63,858 nucleotides of DNA from an uncultured Bacteroidota bacterium (GTDB taxonomy: Bacteria > Bacteroidota > Ignavibacteria > Kryptoniales > JAKASW01): the NCBI GenBank assembly GCA_964603995.1, contig CAZRXH010000003.1, positions 4,037 to 67,894 of the forward strand. The letters run 5' to 3'. The notes beneath the pieces are model-generated. The model was not told the origin of the DNA. It searched no databases and saw nothing but the letters and a program-made list of their open reading frames with translations. Below are positions 8,538-18,987 of this stretch, in pieces (within the stretch, counting starts at the first letter, position 1; each line of letters begins with the position of its first letter). A program made the translations under genes and the position numbers.

Positions 8538-9419
8538 TCATGGTACAATCTTGTTTAGCGGGTACTCTATAATTCCCTCGGCGCCGCTTCGCTTCAGCTC
8601 GGGCACGATAATCCTGACGATCTTCTCGTCGATTATCGTCTCGATAGCCACCCATTCATCGTCGTAAAGAGGTGATACCGTCGGTTTTCTCAAAGCCGGA
8701 ATTATTCCAATGATCTTGGGAAGATCGGATTTCCTGATGTTCATTTTCAGTCCAACTTTTCCTTCTGCGGCAATCGCGCCTTTCAACAGAAGTGAAATCG
8801 TCTCTATCTTCTCCCGCTTCCACGCGTCTTCATACGATTCCTTGTTTGCGATGAACCTGGTGGACGACTGAAGGACGGTATCGATAATGCGGAGGTGATT
8901 TGCGCGGAGAGAGCTTCCCGTCTCGGTCACTTCGACGATCGCATCGGCGAGTTCCGGGACTTTCACCTCCGTCGCTCCCCACGAGAATTCCACGGCGGCT
9001 TCGACGCCGTGAAGATTGAGATACTGCTTCGTGATATTAACGACTTCCGTGGAGATACGCTTTCCATGCAAGTCCTTGACAGTTTTGTAAGGTGAATCCT
9101 CCTGAACCGCAAGCACCCACCTGACGGGGCGCATGCTCTGTTTCGCGTACACAAGCTCAGCGACCTCGACAACATCGCCGTTCGTTTCGATGATCCAATC
9201 TTTCCCTGTCAGCCCGGCATCAAATGTTCCGAGCTCCACGTACCTTGCCATCTCCTGCGCACGGACAAGCATGATTTTCAATTCGTCGTCCTCGACTGTC
9301 GGGAAATAACTTCTCGATGAAACCGAAATATTGTAACCGGCCTTCTGAAATAATGAAAAGGTTGACTCTTGGAGACTGCCTTTCGGCAGGCCGAGCCTTA
9401 ACACTTTATCGCTGGGCAT
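8538..9419 (-). CDS. hisG: ATP phosphoribosyltransferase, long form
   Basis: [21 protein letters not shown] and [12 protein letters not shown] motifs, plus a C-terminal regulatory domain. 293 aa. Confidence 0.9.
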   Translation of the reverse strand: MPSDKVLRLGLPKGSLQESTFSLFQKAGYNISVSSRSYFPTVEDDELKIMLVRAQEMARYVELGTFDAGLTGKDWIIETNGDVVEVAELVYAKQSMRPVRWVLAVQEDSPYKTVKDLHGKRISTEVVNITKQYLNLHGVEAAVEFSWGATEVKVPELADAIVEVTETGSSLRANHLRIIDTVLQSSTRFIANKESYEDAWKREKIETISLLLKGAIAAEGKVGLKMNIRKSDLPKIIGIIPALRKPTVSPLYDDEWVAIETIIDEKIVRIIVPELKRSGAEGIIEYPLNKIVP

Positions 9420-9476
9420 CTGGTGTCACTCCTGAATGAATGCTTCTGATAGTCTTTGATTACAAAATACGCGGTC

Positions 9477-10391
9477 TTACTTCCTGATTATAAATTCTAT
9501 GCTGTCAGGTTTCACGTCTATTACCTGCAGTTGCGCTGGTGCTTCGACTGTCGGCTGGAAGTAGGCGGAAGTAGAGTGGATGAGACGATTGTAGTCGGCT
9601 GTAACGCTGAACGAATCGGAGTTTACGTCAGCCATTTCGTTGATGCCGCCCCGCACCGTCACGTCTACCGTCGGGGGAAGAAGGATGATCTTCGTGGAGT
9701 CGGTATTGTCCGTTATCTTCACGGGAATGTTCCGGTATATGTTATCTGCAACCTGCTCGACGCTGACTCTAACATTTGCTTCTCTGGCATTGACAGTCAC
9801 AATTCCAGTAAGCGTGTCTGAAAGCGGGATGGTCGCGTCAATTCCATTGATAGTTTTCTTGAACTCTCTTCGTTGAGTGTACCAGACTTCAATTCTGCTC
9901 AGGAGCCTTCGTGCTCCCGTAATAGTAACGGAATCGGGATCGACTGCCGGATCACTCACGACGGTGAAGCCTTCGCGAGGTATGACGTCAATTCTTGGAA
10001 TGACGGGGACTCTCTTCGTAGTTGTGGAATCAACGCTGATCTGTACAGTGTCCGGCTCGAATCCCAGGACTTCGGCGGAAGACCCGACGTCAAGTGAATA
10101 GCCAAGGTCGCGACTCGTGAGGAGAAGCTGTCTCTTGTTCATGGTTGAAGCGTCAAAATTGATGCTCGCAGTGGCAGAAAGGTAAGACGATGCTACCTGC
10201 CAGCCAGTACCACGGATTCTCACGACGATAGATTGCGGTATCGGGCTTGCGAGCGAAATACCTTCCGGCAATTCAGTGACTCTGAAAGGAACGCGGACTG
10301 CCACGGAATATTGGTTGTTCATGGATACCGATAGCCATACCAGTACAGACAGAAACACGGAAGCTACGATGACGTGCGTTTTCTTCTCCAT
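9477..10391 (-). CDS. YbbR-domain protein (CdaR-like)
   Basis: N-terminal TM helix followed by repeated YbbR-like beta modules (VPFRVTELPEGISL..., VPVIPRIDVIPREGFTV...). Confidence 0.75.
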   Translation of the reverse strand: MEKKTHVIVASVFLSVLVWLSVSMNNQYSVAVRVPFRVTELPEGISLASPIPQSIVVRIRGTGWQVASSYLSATASINFDASTMNKRQLLLTSRDLGYSLDVGSSAEVLGFEPDTVQISVDSTTTKRVPVIPRIDVIPREGFTVVSDPAVDPDSVTITGARRLLSRIEVWYTQRREFKKTINGIDATIPLSDTLTGIVTVNAREANVRVSVEQVADNIYRNIPVKITDNTDSTKIILLPPTVDVTVRGGINEMADVNSDSFSVTADYNRLIHSTSAYFQPTVEAPAQLQVIDVKPDSIEFIIRK

Positions 10392-10884
10392 TTGTTTAGT
10401 CAGCGTGTAAAGGGCCGCCAGATTTAGGGTTCGTCGTTGGGACCAGCTGAAGTTTTATTTTGAAACAAGCTACTGCCTTTCCTCTGAAAAATATACCGCA
10501 GAGGTGGCGAAATTACAATGAGTTATGAGGCAACACGCAGGAAGGGTCGGATCTGTGGTCGGTCCTGGCAACAGGCTTCAATCCCTTTGCTCAAGCCGCC
10601 TCTGCAGCCATCGTTCTCAAGGAATCTGACCATTTGAACAATCTCGAAGCGGCGTCAAGAGTCTGCAATTTCCTCCTTGCATAGTTGAGACTTCGGTCCT
10701 CAAGAGCATTGGTTGGAGACGGAGAGAATGCATGAGATCAGTTGTCCCTGAAGAAGAAACAGAGGACGAGTATCCGGCGCTCTCTGAGACTCTCTCAACT
10801 AATGCTGCGTAACTTCAACAAAAATGGTGATTTCACTAAGAAAATAATTGCTATTTGTCCACTCGAATCGTAACTTTTCGGCGA

Positions 10885-11517
10885 ATGAAAATTGCGGTAT
10901 TTGTGTCCGGGAAGGGCACAAACCTTCTTAATATCATTAGAAAAGCCAAAGACGGATTTCTTAGGTCGGAAGTCAAATTGGTGATTTCTGACCGATATTG
11001 CGAGGCCATTGAGAGTTCGGAACGTGCTGGTATTCGTACGAAGGTCGTGGACCCGAAAGATTTTTCGGATGAAATGGATTTTGGAAATGCGATGCTCGAT
11101 ATTCTCAGGAAAAGAGAGATCGAGCTTATTGTGCTCGCCGGTTTCTTGAAAAAGATTCCCGACATCGTCATAAAGAGCTACACAAATCGAATCATCAACA
11201 TACATCCAGCACTTCTTCCTTCTTTCGGGGGAAAGGGTATGTATGGTATGAGGGTCCATCAGGCTGTAATAGATTACGGTTGCCGGGTGAGCGGCGTGAC
11301 TGTTCATATTGTGGATGTGGAATACGATCATGGTCCGGTACTGCTCCAGAAATGTGTTGCTGTAACGGATGACGATACACCGGACTCACTCGCCTCGAAG
11401 GTTCATGAGCTCGAGTACGAGCTCTTGCCTGAGGCAATCAGACTCTTCGAGAACAGTCAAGTCAAGATAGATGGGAGAAAGGTTATCCTTTCACCAGAGG
11501 GATCCGACAGGACGTGA
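10885..11517 (+). CDS. purN: phosphoribosylglycinamide formyltransferase
   Basis: MKIAVFVSGKGTNL, INIHPALLPSFGG and TVHIVDVEYDHGPV motifs. The ATG at 10885 is preferred over the ORF start at 10855. Confidence 0.9.
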   Translation: MKIAVFVSGKGTNLLNIIRKAKDGFLRSEVKLVISDRYCEAIESSERAGIRTKVVDPKDFSDEMDFGNAMLDILRKREIELIVLAGFLKKIPDIVIKSYTNRIINIHPALLPSFGGKGMYGMRVHQAVIDYGCRVSGVTVHIVDVEYDHGPVLLQKCVAVTDDDTPDSLASKVHELEYELLPEAIRLFENSQVKIDGRKVILSPEGSDRT

Positions 11518-13040
11518 AAATAAAACGCGCATTAATCAGTGTAACAGACAAAACGGGGATTGTCGAGTTTGCAGATGTTCTCACAAAATCAGGCGCGGAG
11601 ATATTCAGTACAGGCGGGACTCTGAAGGCATTGCGGGAAGGCGGCATCAATGCCAGAAGCATAAGCGATGTAACGAATTTTCCGGAGATTCTTGACGGAA
11701 GGGTCAAGACACTTCATCCTGCAGTATTCGCGGGGATACTTGCAAAGCGAAATGTAAGAGAGCACCTGGACCAGCTTGAGAAACTGAGTTTGTCGCTATT
11801 CGACATGGTTGTCGTCAACCTTTATCGTTTCGAAGCGACGGTCGCGTCGGGTGCCGGACTTGAAGAGGTCATAGAGAGTATAGATATCGGGGGGCCATCG
11901 CTCATTAGGGCAGCCGCAAAAAACTACGAAGGCTGCGCCGTAGTGGTCGACCCGCGGCAATATGACGAGATCATTTCGGAGTTGGACAAAAGCGGCGAGA
12001 TAAGCGCGCCGCTTCTTGGCAGACTTGCTGCAGCCGCGTTCGAGAAAGTTGCACTATACGATGTCGCGATCTCGCGGTTCTTCAGCAAGAAGTTTGCTCC
12101 GGGCGGAGAGCCGGGGGAAAGCGTCATGTTCGCCGAGCGTAAGAGCATGGACATGCGTTATGGGGAGAACCCTCATCAGTCCGCCGGACATTACGGCGAC
12201 TTTGCGAAATACTTCGAGAAGATTCATGGCAAGGAACTCTCGTATAACAATCTTGTGGATATCGATGCCGCACAGAGACTCCTCCAGGAATTCGACGCCC
12301 CTGCCGCTGTAATCATCAAGCACACAAACCCGTGTGGGGCTGCAGTTGCTGCGAACGTGCAGGAGGCGTATACAAGAGCTCTTAAGACAGATTCGAAGAG
12401 CGCGTTTGGCGGTATCGTTGCCGTTAACGGGAAGGTCGAGGCGTCGTTCGCTCAACAGCTCAATGAGATTTTTCTGGAGGTAATCATTGCCCCCGGTTTT
12501 TCCGAGGACGCGCTCGAGTTGTTGAGGAAGAAGAAAGACAGAAGAATTCTCATCAGCAAAAGTCTGCTTCCGAACGACGTTCAGATACGATCCTCTTGCG
12601 GTGGAGTCCTGGCTCAGACTGCGGACGATATCCTGTTGAAAGAGACAGAGCTGCGAGTCGTCACCAACAGGAGACCCACTGAAAAGGAACTTGCCGACAT
12701 GAGGTTCGCGTACGCGGTGTGCAAGCATGTGAAATCAAACGCGATCGTCTTCGTCATGGATCACATGACACTCGGCTCGGGTGCCGGACAAATGTCACGC
12801 ATCGATTCCGTGAAGATAGCACGCATGAAAGCAGATGAGGCAGGCTTGAGCTTGAAGGGGAGCGTCGCCGCTTCGGACGCGTTCTTTCCATTCTCCGACA
12901 ACGTGGAGGAGATCGCGCGCGCAGGAGCGACAGCTATCATCCAGCCTGGTGGATCGGTGAGAGATGCCGAATCAATAGATGCGGCGAACAGACTCGATAT
13001 TTCGATGGTTTTCACGGGGATCAGACATTTCAAACACTAA
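11514..13040 (+). CDS. purH: bifunctional AICAR transformylase / IMP cyclohydrolase
   Basis: ALISVTDKTG, GRVKTLHP, KHTNPCG and QPGGSVRD motifs; 508 aa. Confidence 0.95.
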   Translation: MKIKRALISVTDKTGIVEFADVLTKSGAEIFSTGGTLKALREGGINARSISDVTNFPEILDGRVKTLHPAVFAGILAKRNVREHLDQLEKLSLSLFDMVVVNLYRFEATVASGAGLEEVIESIDIGGPSLIRAAAKNYEGCAVVVDPRQYDEIISELDKSGEISAPLLGRLAAAAFEKVALYDVAISRFFSKKFAPGGEPGESVMFAERKSMDMRYGENPHQSAGHYGDFAKYFEKIHGKELSYNNLVDIDAAQRLLQEFDAPAAVIIKHTNPCGAAVAANVQEAYTRALKTDSKSAFGGIVAVNGKVEASFAQQLNEIFLEVIIAPGFSEDALELLRKKKDRRILISKSLLPNDVQIRSSCGGVLAQTADDILLKETELRVVTNRRPTEKELADMRFAYAVCKHVKSNAIVFVMDHMTLGSGAGQMSRIDSVKIARMKADEAGLSLKGSVAASDAFFPFSDNVEEIARAGATAIIQPGGSVRDAESIDAANRLDISMVFTGIRHFKH

Positions 13041-13049
13041 AAGAGCAAA

Positions 13050-14078
13050 GTGATGGGATTTTTCGGACTTCTATCCAATGACCTGGCAATCGATCTAGGG
13101 ACGGCGAACACTCTGATATGGATGCGCAACAAGGGTGTGGTCCTGAGAGAACCTTCGATTGTTGCGTTTGACAAAAATACGAAGCGCATCGTAGCTATCG
13201 GTCACGAAGCGAGGGAGATGTTGGGAAGAACTCACCGCGACATACAGGTGATCCGTCCCATGCGCGATGGCGTCATAGCCGACTTCGAAATAGCGGAGGG
13301 GATGCTCCGGGCTTTCATCAAGAAGGTCCATGCCGGAATGATTCCCAGCCGGAGAATCGTCATTAGCGTCCCAAGCGGAATTACTGAAGTCGAGAAGCGC
13401 GCCGTGCGAGATGCCTCGGAACACGCCGGCGCAAAGGAAGTCCATCTCATAGCGGAGCCGATGGCTGCGGCTATAGGAATTGGACTCGACGTCGACGCGC
13501 CGGTCGGGAACATGGTGATCGATGTCGGTGGCGGCACTACGGAAATCGCGGTCATAGCGCTCTCGGGAATCGTAAACGAAGAGTCCATCCGCATCGCGGG
13601 CGACGAGATGAACAACGCGATAATTCAATTCTTCAAGAAGAATCACAATATTCTTATCGGTGAGCGTACCGCCGAAGCCATCAAGTGCGAAGTCGGTTCC
13701 GCGATGCCGTTGAAGGAGGAGATCACGATACAGGTCAAAGGGCGTGATCTGGTGGCGGGCATTCCGAAGACAACTGAAGTGAGTTCAGCCGAGATCCGTG
13801 AGGCATTGAACGAACCTGTCGGCGCCATCGTCGACGCGGTGAAGATATCACTTGAGAGGACTCCGCCTGAATTGTCTGCCGACATTCTGGACCGTGGAAT
13901 AATGCTGTCCGGAGGCGGCGCGCTGCTGAAGGGTCTCGATGAGAGGATCAGGATGGAGACAAACCTGCCCGTTCATGTCGCCGAAGATCCACTCACTGCC
14001 GTTGTGCGCGGTGTGGGTAAGGTTCTGGACAAAATTACCGAATATAATAAGGTACTTATAAAGAGCAGACGTTATTGA
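13050..14078 (+). CDS. mreB: rod shape-determining protein MreB
   Basis: DLGTANTL, MVIDVGGGTTEIAV and GIMLSGGGALLKGLD motifs. Confidence 0.95.
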   Translation: MMGFFGLLSNDLAIDLGTANTLIWMRNKGVVLREPSIVAFDKNTKRIVAIGHEAREMLGRTHRDIQVIRPMRDGVIADFEIAEGMLRAFIKKVHAGMIPSRRIVISVPSGITEVEKRAVRDASEHAGAKEVHLIAEPMAAAIGIGLDVDAPVGNMVIDVGGGTTEIAVIALSGIVNEESIRIAGDEMNNAIIQFFKKNHNILIGERTAEAIKCEVGSAMPLKEEITIQVKGRDLVAGIPKTTEVSSAEIREALNEPVGAIVDAVKISLERTPPELSADILDRGIMLSGGGALLKGLDERIRMETNLPVHVAEDPLTAVVRGVGKVLDKITEYNKVLIKSRRY

Positions 14079-14090
14079 TGGTCGTAGGGA

Positions 14091-14930
14091 ATGTTTAAAT
14101 GGTTGGCTGAGTTTTTTGCGCTGGCGAAGAATTACATTGTTTTTGCTCTTCTCATCTCACTGTCGTTACTCTTAATCTCAACAAACAACAACGCAAATAC
14201 CAGAGGCCTGCAAGTGCTGGGCCTTTTTACGACTTCCTATCTGGAAGCCGGGATACACGATCTGGTCGGCTACTTCGAACTCGCTTCAAAGAACAGGGAT
14301 CTCGAGGAGGAGAACGCTCGGCTCATCGACCTGACCGCGAGGATCCGTGCGGCGATGACCGAGAACGAACAGTTGAGAGTGATGCTCAACCTCCGTGAGA
14401 AATCCAGCACTCCGCTCATACCGGCGGACGTTGTCGGGCGCACCGCGGAAGGCGGAAGATATTTTGTGACTCTAGATGTCGGTGCCAGCAGTGGGGTCAA
14501 AGTGGGAGACCCCGTTGTCACCGGCACAGGGCTTGTCGGGATAGTCTCTGTAGTCAATAATGAGTTTTCACTCGTCAGGACTCTGCTGGACGGCGACAGC
14601 AGGATAGCAGCGAAACTTGTAAACGCGTCCGCCGATGGACTGATAGTCTCCGGTGATTTTGGTGAGTTGGCGATGAGAAATGTATCGAGGAGATACTCGG
14701 TTCATCCGGGAGATATCGTAGAGACATCGTCGCTGAGCAGCCTGGTCCCGCCCGGAATAGCAATTGGAATGGTAACGAAGGCGACCAACGAACCCGGAGA
14801 CATTTTCAAGAAAATCGACGTTGAGCCGGCAGTCAATTTCAGTGCGATCTCCGTGGCGTTTGTTATGCAGTACGTTTATCCACCGGAAGCGGCGAAGCTG
14901 CAAACTAAAAGCCTTGGAAGCGGGAAATGA
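14091..14930 (+). CDS. mreC: rod shape-determining protein MreC
   Basis: Position between mreB and mreD. Has an N-terminal TM helix, a coiled coil (ENARL...ENEQLR) and GDPVVTGTGLVGIV / GDIVETS beta domains. Confidence 0.85.
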   Translation: MFKWLAEFFALAKNYIVFALLISLSLLLISTNNNANTRGLQVLGLFTTSYLEAGIHDLVGYFELASKNRDLEEENARLIDLTARIRAAMTENEQLRVMLNLREKSSTPLIPADVVGRTAEGGRYFVTLDVGASSGVKVGDPVVTGTGLVGIVSVVNNEFSLVRTLLDGDSRIAAKLVNASADGLIVSGDFGELAMRNVSRRYSVHPGDIVETSSLSSLVPPGIAIGMVTKATNEPGDIFKKIDVEPAVNFSAISVAFVMQYVYPPEAAKLQTKSLGSGK

Positions 14931-15415
14931 CGAAGCGTATTCTGGGATATCTTTCGTTCGGTATCGTAGCGATTCTGCTCCAGAAATTCCTGGAGAATTA
15001 CGCTTCGATAGACATGGTTTCGCCTCAGTTAATAGTCCTCTTCGTCGTATACCTTGCATTGCGTGAGGGACAGATCTTCGCCATGGGTGGCGGCTTCGTG
15101 ATTGGCTTCCTGAATGATTGTCTGGCTACACACTTCATCGGCTACACATCGTTTCTCGGAGTGATTGCCGGGTTCATCGCCGGATTCTTTTTCAAGGAAA
15201 GCGACGTAGATCTGGCGGCGAAGTCTTTCAACTTCGCATGGATCTCAGCAATAACCATTGCCGCAGCACAGCTCGCCGCGCTTCCTATAATAGCATCAGG
15301 AGAATTGAATTACTTATATGCCTTTCTGAAATTCACAGTTGGAACAACTGTCTACACTTCCATATTTGCCATGATTATTGTTTTTGTGAACGGGAGAAAG
15401 AGCAACTATGTTTGA
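14927..15415 (+). CDS. mreD: rod shape-determining protein MreD
   Basis: 162-aa polytopic membrane ORF overlapping the mreC stop and the mrdA start. Confidence 0.8.
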   Translation: MTKRILGYLSFGIVAILLQKFLENYASIDMVSPQLIVLFVVYLALREGQIFAMGGGFVIGFLNDCLATHFIGYTSFLGVIAGFIAGFFFKESDVDLAAKSFNFAWISAITIAAAQLAALPIIASGELNYLYAFLKFTVGTTVYTSIFAMIIVFVNGRKSNYV

Positions 15416-17219
15416 TGCCGATTTTGGCTCGCGTGCAAGATCGATAATGATGAGAGGCGTCGTTATCCTCGCGCTCTTTTCAATACTTGCGAAACTCGGC
15501 GACATGCAGCTTGTGAACGAGGTGGTTTACGGCAAGAGATCGGAGGACATAACCACACGCGTCTTTGTTCAGCAGCCTCTTCGCGGAGAAATCTTCGACC
15601 GGAACGGAAAGGTGATGGTGGAGAATGATCCGGCATATGAAGTCTCGGTAATCCCATCCGAATTCAATCGGAGTCACATACCGGCCCTCGCTTCGCTGCT
15701 ACAGATGGACAGTGTCGATATAGTGAAACGCATTCAGATTGGCGAGACAATCTCTCCATATTTCCCTGTCAGACTGAAGCGAGATATTTCGGTTGCGACT
15801 CTTTACTCGATCGAGGAGCATCTGAAGGAATTCAAGGGAGTCTATTTCGACATTGAGCCGAAGAGAGTGTATGTTGGCGAGGCACGCGCTGCACACATCC
15901 TGGGTTTCACGAAGGAAATATCAGAGAACCAGCTTGCCACCCTCGGTGACTACTACAAGCCGGGCGACATAGTCGGGTATACCGGCCTTGAAGCGAGCTA
16001 CGAAACGATTCTCCGCGGCGAGAAGGGTTACAAATATCTCGCCGTTAACGCCATGGGAAAGGTGATGGGACCGTATGATGACGGGAAGCTTGACGTCCCG
16101 GCTCAGGACGGGTCAAACCTGTATCTGTCAGTTGATGAAGGGCTGCAAGCGAGAGCAGAGTCGCTGCTCGCCGGGCGGCGTGGAGCCGTTGTCGCGCTCG
16201 ATCCGAACAATGGCGAAGTCCTCGCCATGGCAAGCGAACCCGATTTCAATCCCGCCGTCTTTTCGGGATACACTTCAAAGGCGGAGTGGGACAAGTTGAT
16301 CAGCAATCCCGATCATCCGCTGTTCAATCGCGCGACGATGGCAGCTCTCCCTCCGGGCTCGACCTTCAAAATGGTACTTGCCACAGCCGCGCTTCAGGAT
16401 AGCATCATCAACAAAGACTGGACGATCCACTGTACCGGGTCTTTCTATTACGGTGGAAGAGTGTTCGGCGACGATGCAACTCACGGGATTGTGAACATCG
16501 ACAAGGCGATAGAACAATCTTGTGACGTTTTCTTCTACAATCTCATGCTGAAAGTCGGCTTCGATACGTGGACGAAGTTCGGGAGAATGTTCGGCTTTGG
16601 GTCGAAGACGGGCATAGACTTGCGGGAGGAGAACGCAGGCATAATGCCGTCAAGAGGTTATTACGACCGCATATTTGGGAAGAACAAGTGGACAAGCGGT
16701 TATCTTCTGAGTCTGGGAATTGGTCAGGGTGAAGTAAGTGTCACACCGCTTCAACTGGCGGCATACACTATGGCAATTTCCAACTATGGGAAATACTTCC
16801 AGCCGCATCTCGTCAGGTACATTCGTGACCAGAAGACTGGAAAGATCTATTATACGCAATACAGTGAGCGCACGATCCCGATCAGAAGGAGCGTGTTCGA
16901 CGAGATTCGACAGGACATGTATTTGGTCGTGAACGGTCCGGGTGGGACGGGACATGCGGCGCAGGTGCCAGGAGTGGTTGTGGCCGGGAAGACCGGCACT
17001 GCTCAGAATCCGCATGGAAAATCTCATTCATGGTTTGTGGCTTTCGCTCCCTTCGATCACCCGACGATAGCGCTCGCAGTTCTGGTGGAGAATGTGGGTT
17101 GGGGAGCTTCGTACGCTGCGCCCATTGCAGGGAAGCTCTTGAAGTATTATCTGCAGGAAACGGGTGTCCTGCAGCAGAAAGAACCAAACGGAATCGTGGC
17201 AACCGCCACGCCTCACTGA
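15408..17219 (+). CDS. mrdA: penicillin-binding protein 2 (elongasome transpeptidase)
   Basis: STFK, SCD..F and KTGTAQ motifs; 603 aa; synteny with rodA. Confidence 0.9.
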   Translation: MFDADFGSRARSIMMRGVVILALFSILAKLGDMQLVNEVVYGKRSEDITTRVFVQQPLRGEIFDRNGKVMVENDPAYEVSVIPSEFNRSHIPALASLLQMDSVDIVKRIQIGETISPYFPVRLKRDISVATLYSIEEHLKEFKGVYFDIEPKRVYVGEARAAHILGFTKEISENQLATLGDYYKPGDIVGYTGLEASYETILRGEKGYKYLAVNAMGKVMGPYDDGKLDVPAQDGSNLYLSVDEGLQARAESLLAGRRGAVVALDPNNGEVLAMASEPDFNPAVFSGYTSKAEWDKLISNPDHPLFNRATMAALPPGSTFKMVLATAALQDSIINKDWTIHCTGSFYYGGRVFGDDATHGIVNIDKAIEQSCDVFFYNLMLKVGFDTWTKFGRMFGFGSKTGIDLREENAGIMPSRGYYDRIFGKNKWTSGYLLSLGIGQGEVSVTPLQLAAYTMAISNYGKYFQPHLVRYIRDQKTGKIYYTQYSERTIPIRRSVFDEIRQDMYLVVNGPGGTGHAAQVPGVVVAGKTGTAQNPHGKSHSWFVAFAPFDHPTIALAVLVENVGWGASYAAPIAGKLLKYYLQETGVLQQKEPNGIVATATPH

Positions 17220-18439
17220 TGTTTGACTTCTTCAAGGATTCATTCGACTACAAGACTTTCTTCCTGGCCGTAACATTGGCATGCATCGGCCTTCTCGCAG
17301 TAAACAGTGCCACGTACAATTCCGGTATGCACGATTATTTCGTGAGAGATCTGGTGTGGCAGTCCATCGGAGTAATCGTCGCTTTCGCGATAATGTTTTC
17401 CTCCAACCGATTTCTTGAAAACGGTGCCTACTTCTTCTATGCCATCACAATACTTCTCCTGATTTTTGTTCTCGTGGCGGGGAAGAAGGTTGCCAGCCAT
17501 ATGAGCTGGCTTGGCATCCTTGGAGTCGGCGGACAGCCATCCGAGCTGGCGAAAGTCGCATCCATTCTCGCTCTCTCCAAGTTCATTTCAGAGAAGTCCG
17601 GTGAGCGCACTCAGGTGCAGATGATCGGAATCTCGATGGGAATTGTCGGACTGCCGATGTTGCTCACGATGCTCCAGCCCGACCTCGGGACGACAATCGT
17701 ATACATGGCGATCTTTTTTCCGATTTTGTTCTGGGCTGGTTTACCGCCGATAGTTGTAGTTGCGTTGATAGCTCCGGTCGCGATCATCTTTGCAGAGTTC
17801 ACCGGCACAGCTGTCCTTTTGATAACGGTTGTCGCCTTCGGCATACTCTTTTTTGTATTGAGCAGAAAGAAACTGTTCGCGGTGACTCTGAGTTTCGTTG
17901 CGGTGTCGTTCGGGCTTTTCATGGAATACTTCTACAGGAAACTCTTGCAGCCGCACCAGCAGAAACGAATTCAGATATTTCTGGATCCGAATCTCGATCC
18001 GCAGGGCGCCGGATACAACGCACTGCAGGCACGTGTGGCCATCGGCAGCGGCGGCCTCTTCGGGAAAGGGTACCTTCATGGTGCTCAGACTCAGCTCCGC
18101 TTCGTACCGGCGCGCTGGACTGATTTCATATTCACGGTCATCGGCGAGGAGTTCGGCTTCATAGGTGCCGCATTTACGCTAATTGCCTTTGGTGCACTCT
18201 TCTTCCGCGGGATCAGAATCGCTGAGCTCGTCAAAACAAAATTCGCCAGCCTTGCTTCCGTCGGCATCACTTCGGTCCTTCTCTTTCATGTCTTCATCAA
18301 CGTCGGAATGAACATAAACCTGGCTCCAATTGTCGGTATACCCCTCCCGTTCATCAGCTACGGAGGGTCATCCATTTTGGCCGATTGGATGATGATCGGG
18401 ATTCTCCTAAATTTCTATGCACACAGGAAGGAACATTGA
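17219..18439 (+). CDS. rodA: peptidoglycan glycosyltransferase RodA (SEDS family)
   Basis: QPSELAKV, TDFIFTVIGEEFGFIG and PLPFISYGGSS motifs. The ATG at 17219 overlaps the mrdA stop (TGATG). The upstream 63 codons of the tracked ORF overlap mrdA and were trimmed. Confidence 0.9.
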   Translation: MFDFFKDSFDYKTFFLAVTLACIGLLAVNSATYNSGMHDYFVRDLVWQSIGVIVAFAIMFSSNRFLENGAYFFYAITILLLIFVLVAGKKVASHMSWLGILGVGGQPSELAKVASILALSKFISEKSGERTQVQMIGISMGIVGLPMLLTMLQPDLGTTIVYMAIFFPILFWAGLPPIVVVALIAPVAIIFAEFTGTAVLLITVVAFGILFFVLSRKKLFAVTLSFVAVSFGLFMEYFYRKLLQPHQQKRIQIFLDPNLDPQGAGYNALQARVAIGSGGLFGKGYLHGAQTQLRFVPARWTDFIFTVIGEEFGFIGAAFTLIAFGALFFRGIRIAELVKTKFASLASVGITSVLLFHVFINVGMNINLAPIVGIPLPFISYGGSSILADWMMIGILLNFYAHRKEH

Positions 18440-18556
18440 AAAGCGGGAGTATTGTCACGGAGGGAACGCGTGAGACAAATGGTGGAATATGAATTAAGAA
18501 TTTGAGAAGGTGGTACAGAGTCGATTAGACATTTGCTTTAAGGTTATTTTTAGAAA

Positions 18557-18793
18557 TTGAAATTCACTAGATATTTTGAAGAGATACAGCGGCGCCCCGA
18601 CCGTGAAATAATCCGATTAGAATGGATACAATATGTCATTGATAATCCTGTGAAAGAAGTTATTCAGAAAGATGGGCGTGTGCGTTTATGGGCGCCGATC
18701 CAAGAGATGGACGGAAGGTATCTGCGTGTTATATTATTAGCAGATCGAAACACCGTTCATAATGCTTTCTTTGACAGGAGGTTTAAATTATGA
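18557..18793 (+). CDS. small DUF4258-like putative toxin
   Basis: 78 aa with a TTG start. The C-terminal GRYLRVILLADRNTVHNAFFDRRFK matches my recollection of the family that pairs with DUF2283. 4-nt ATGA overlap with the next ORF. Confidence 0.55.
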   Translation: MKFTRYFEEIQRRPDREIIRLEWIQYVIDNPVKEVIQKDGRVRLWAPIQEMDGRYLRVILLADRNTVHNAFFDRRFKL

Positions 18794-18987
18794 AAATAAA
18801 GTATTTCCAGGACACGGATACGCTCTATATAGAGTTTCGAGAAGGAGAAAGTGTGGAGACACGCGACTTGGATGAAAACACTCTGCTTGATATGGACAAA
18901 GACGGAAATATCTGTGCCATCACTGTCGAGCACGCCAGAGAGCGGACTGATATTCCGCGTTTCTCCTTTGAGCAGGTTGCCGGTTGA
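18790..18987 (+). CDS. DUF2283-family small protein (putative antitoxin)
   Basis: MKIKYFQDTDTLYIEF...DKDGNICAITVEHA is the typical DUF2283 pattern; 65 aa. Confidence 0.65.
   Translation: MKIKYFQDTDTLYIEFREGESVETRDLDENTLLDMDKDGNICAITVEHARERTDIPRFSFEQVAG

Noticed and set aside
10538-10612. ZTP (pfl) riboswitch-like strings upstream of purN/purH (GGUCGGUCCUGGCAAC ... GCCGCCUCUGCA)
   Set aside because: The resemblance to the conserved GGGUCGUGACUGGCG and CCGCCUGGGCA boxes is partial: the GGG of the 3' box is missing. The two boxes are only about 35 nt apart, which leaves no room for P2/P1/P3. The element is also about 270 nt from the purN start. A cmsearch with RF01750 would settle it, and I expect no significant hit.
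10795-11331. 178-aa minus-strand ORF spanning the purN 5' region
   Set aside because: Overlaps purN in antisense, and its translation has no family features. The region upstream of 10885 is treated as non-coding.
12054-12728. 224-aa minus-strand ORF
   Set aside because: Antisense to purH. No recognisable family.
17030-17218. N-terminal extensions of tracked ORFs: rodA 17030, pyrF 19578, rluB 33150, gamma-CA 41561, dut 57376, purN 10855, Sel1 48963, GH140-like 27795
   Set aside because: Each extension overlaps the preceding gene or lacks family sequence. An internal start gives the canonical N-terminus, often with stop/start overlap (TGATG/ATGA) or an upstream GGAG.
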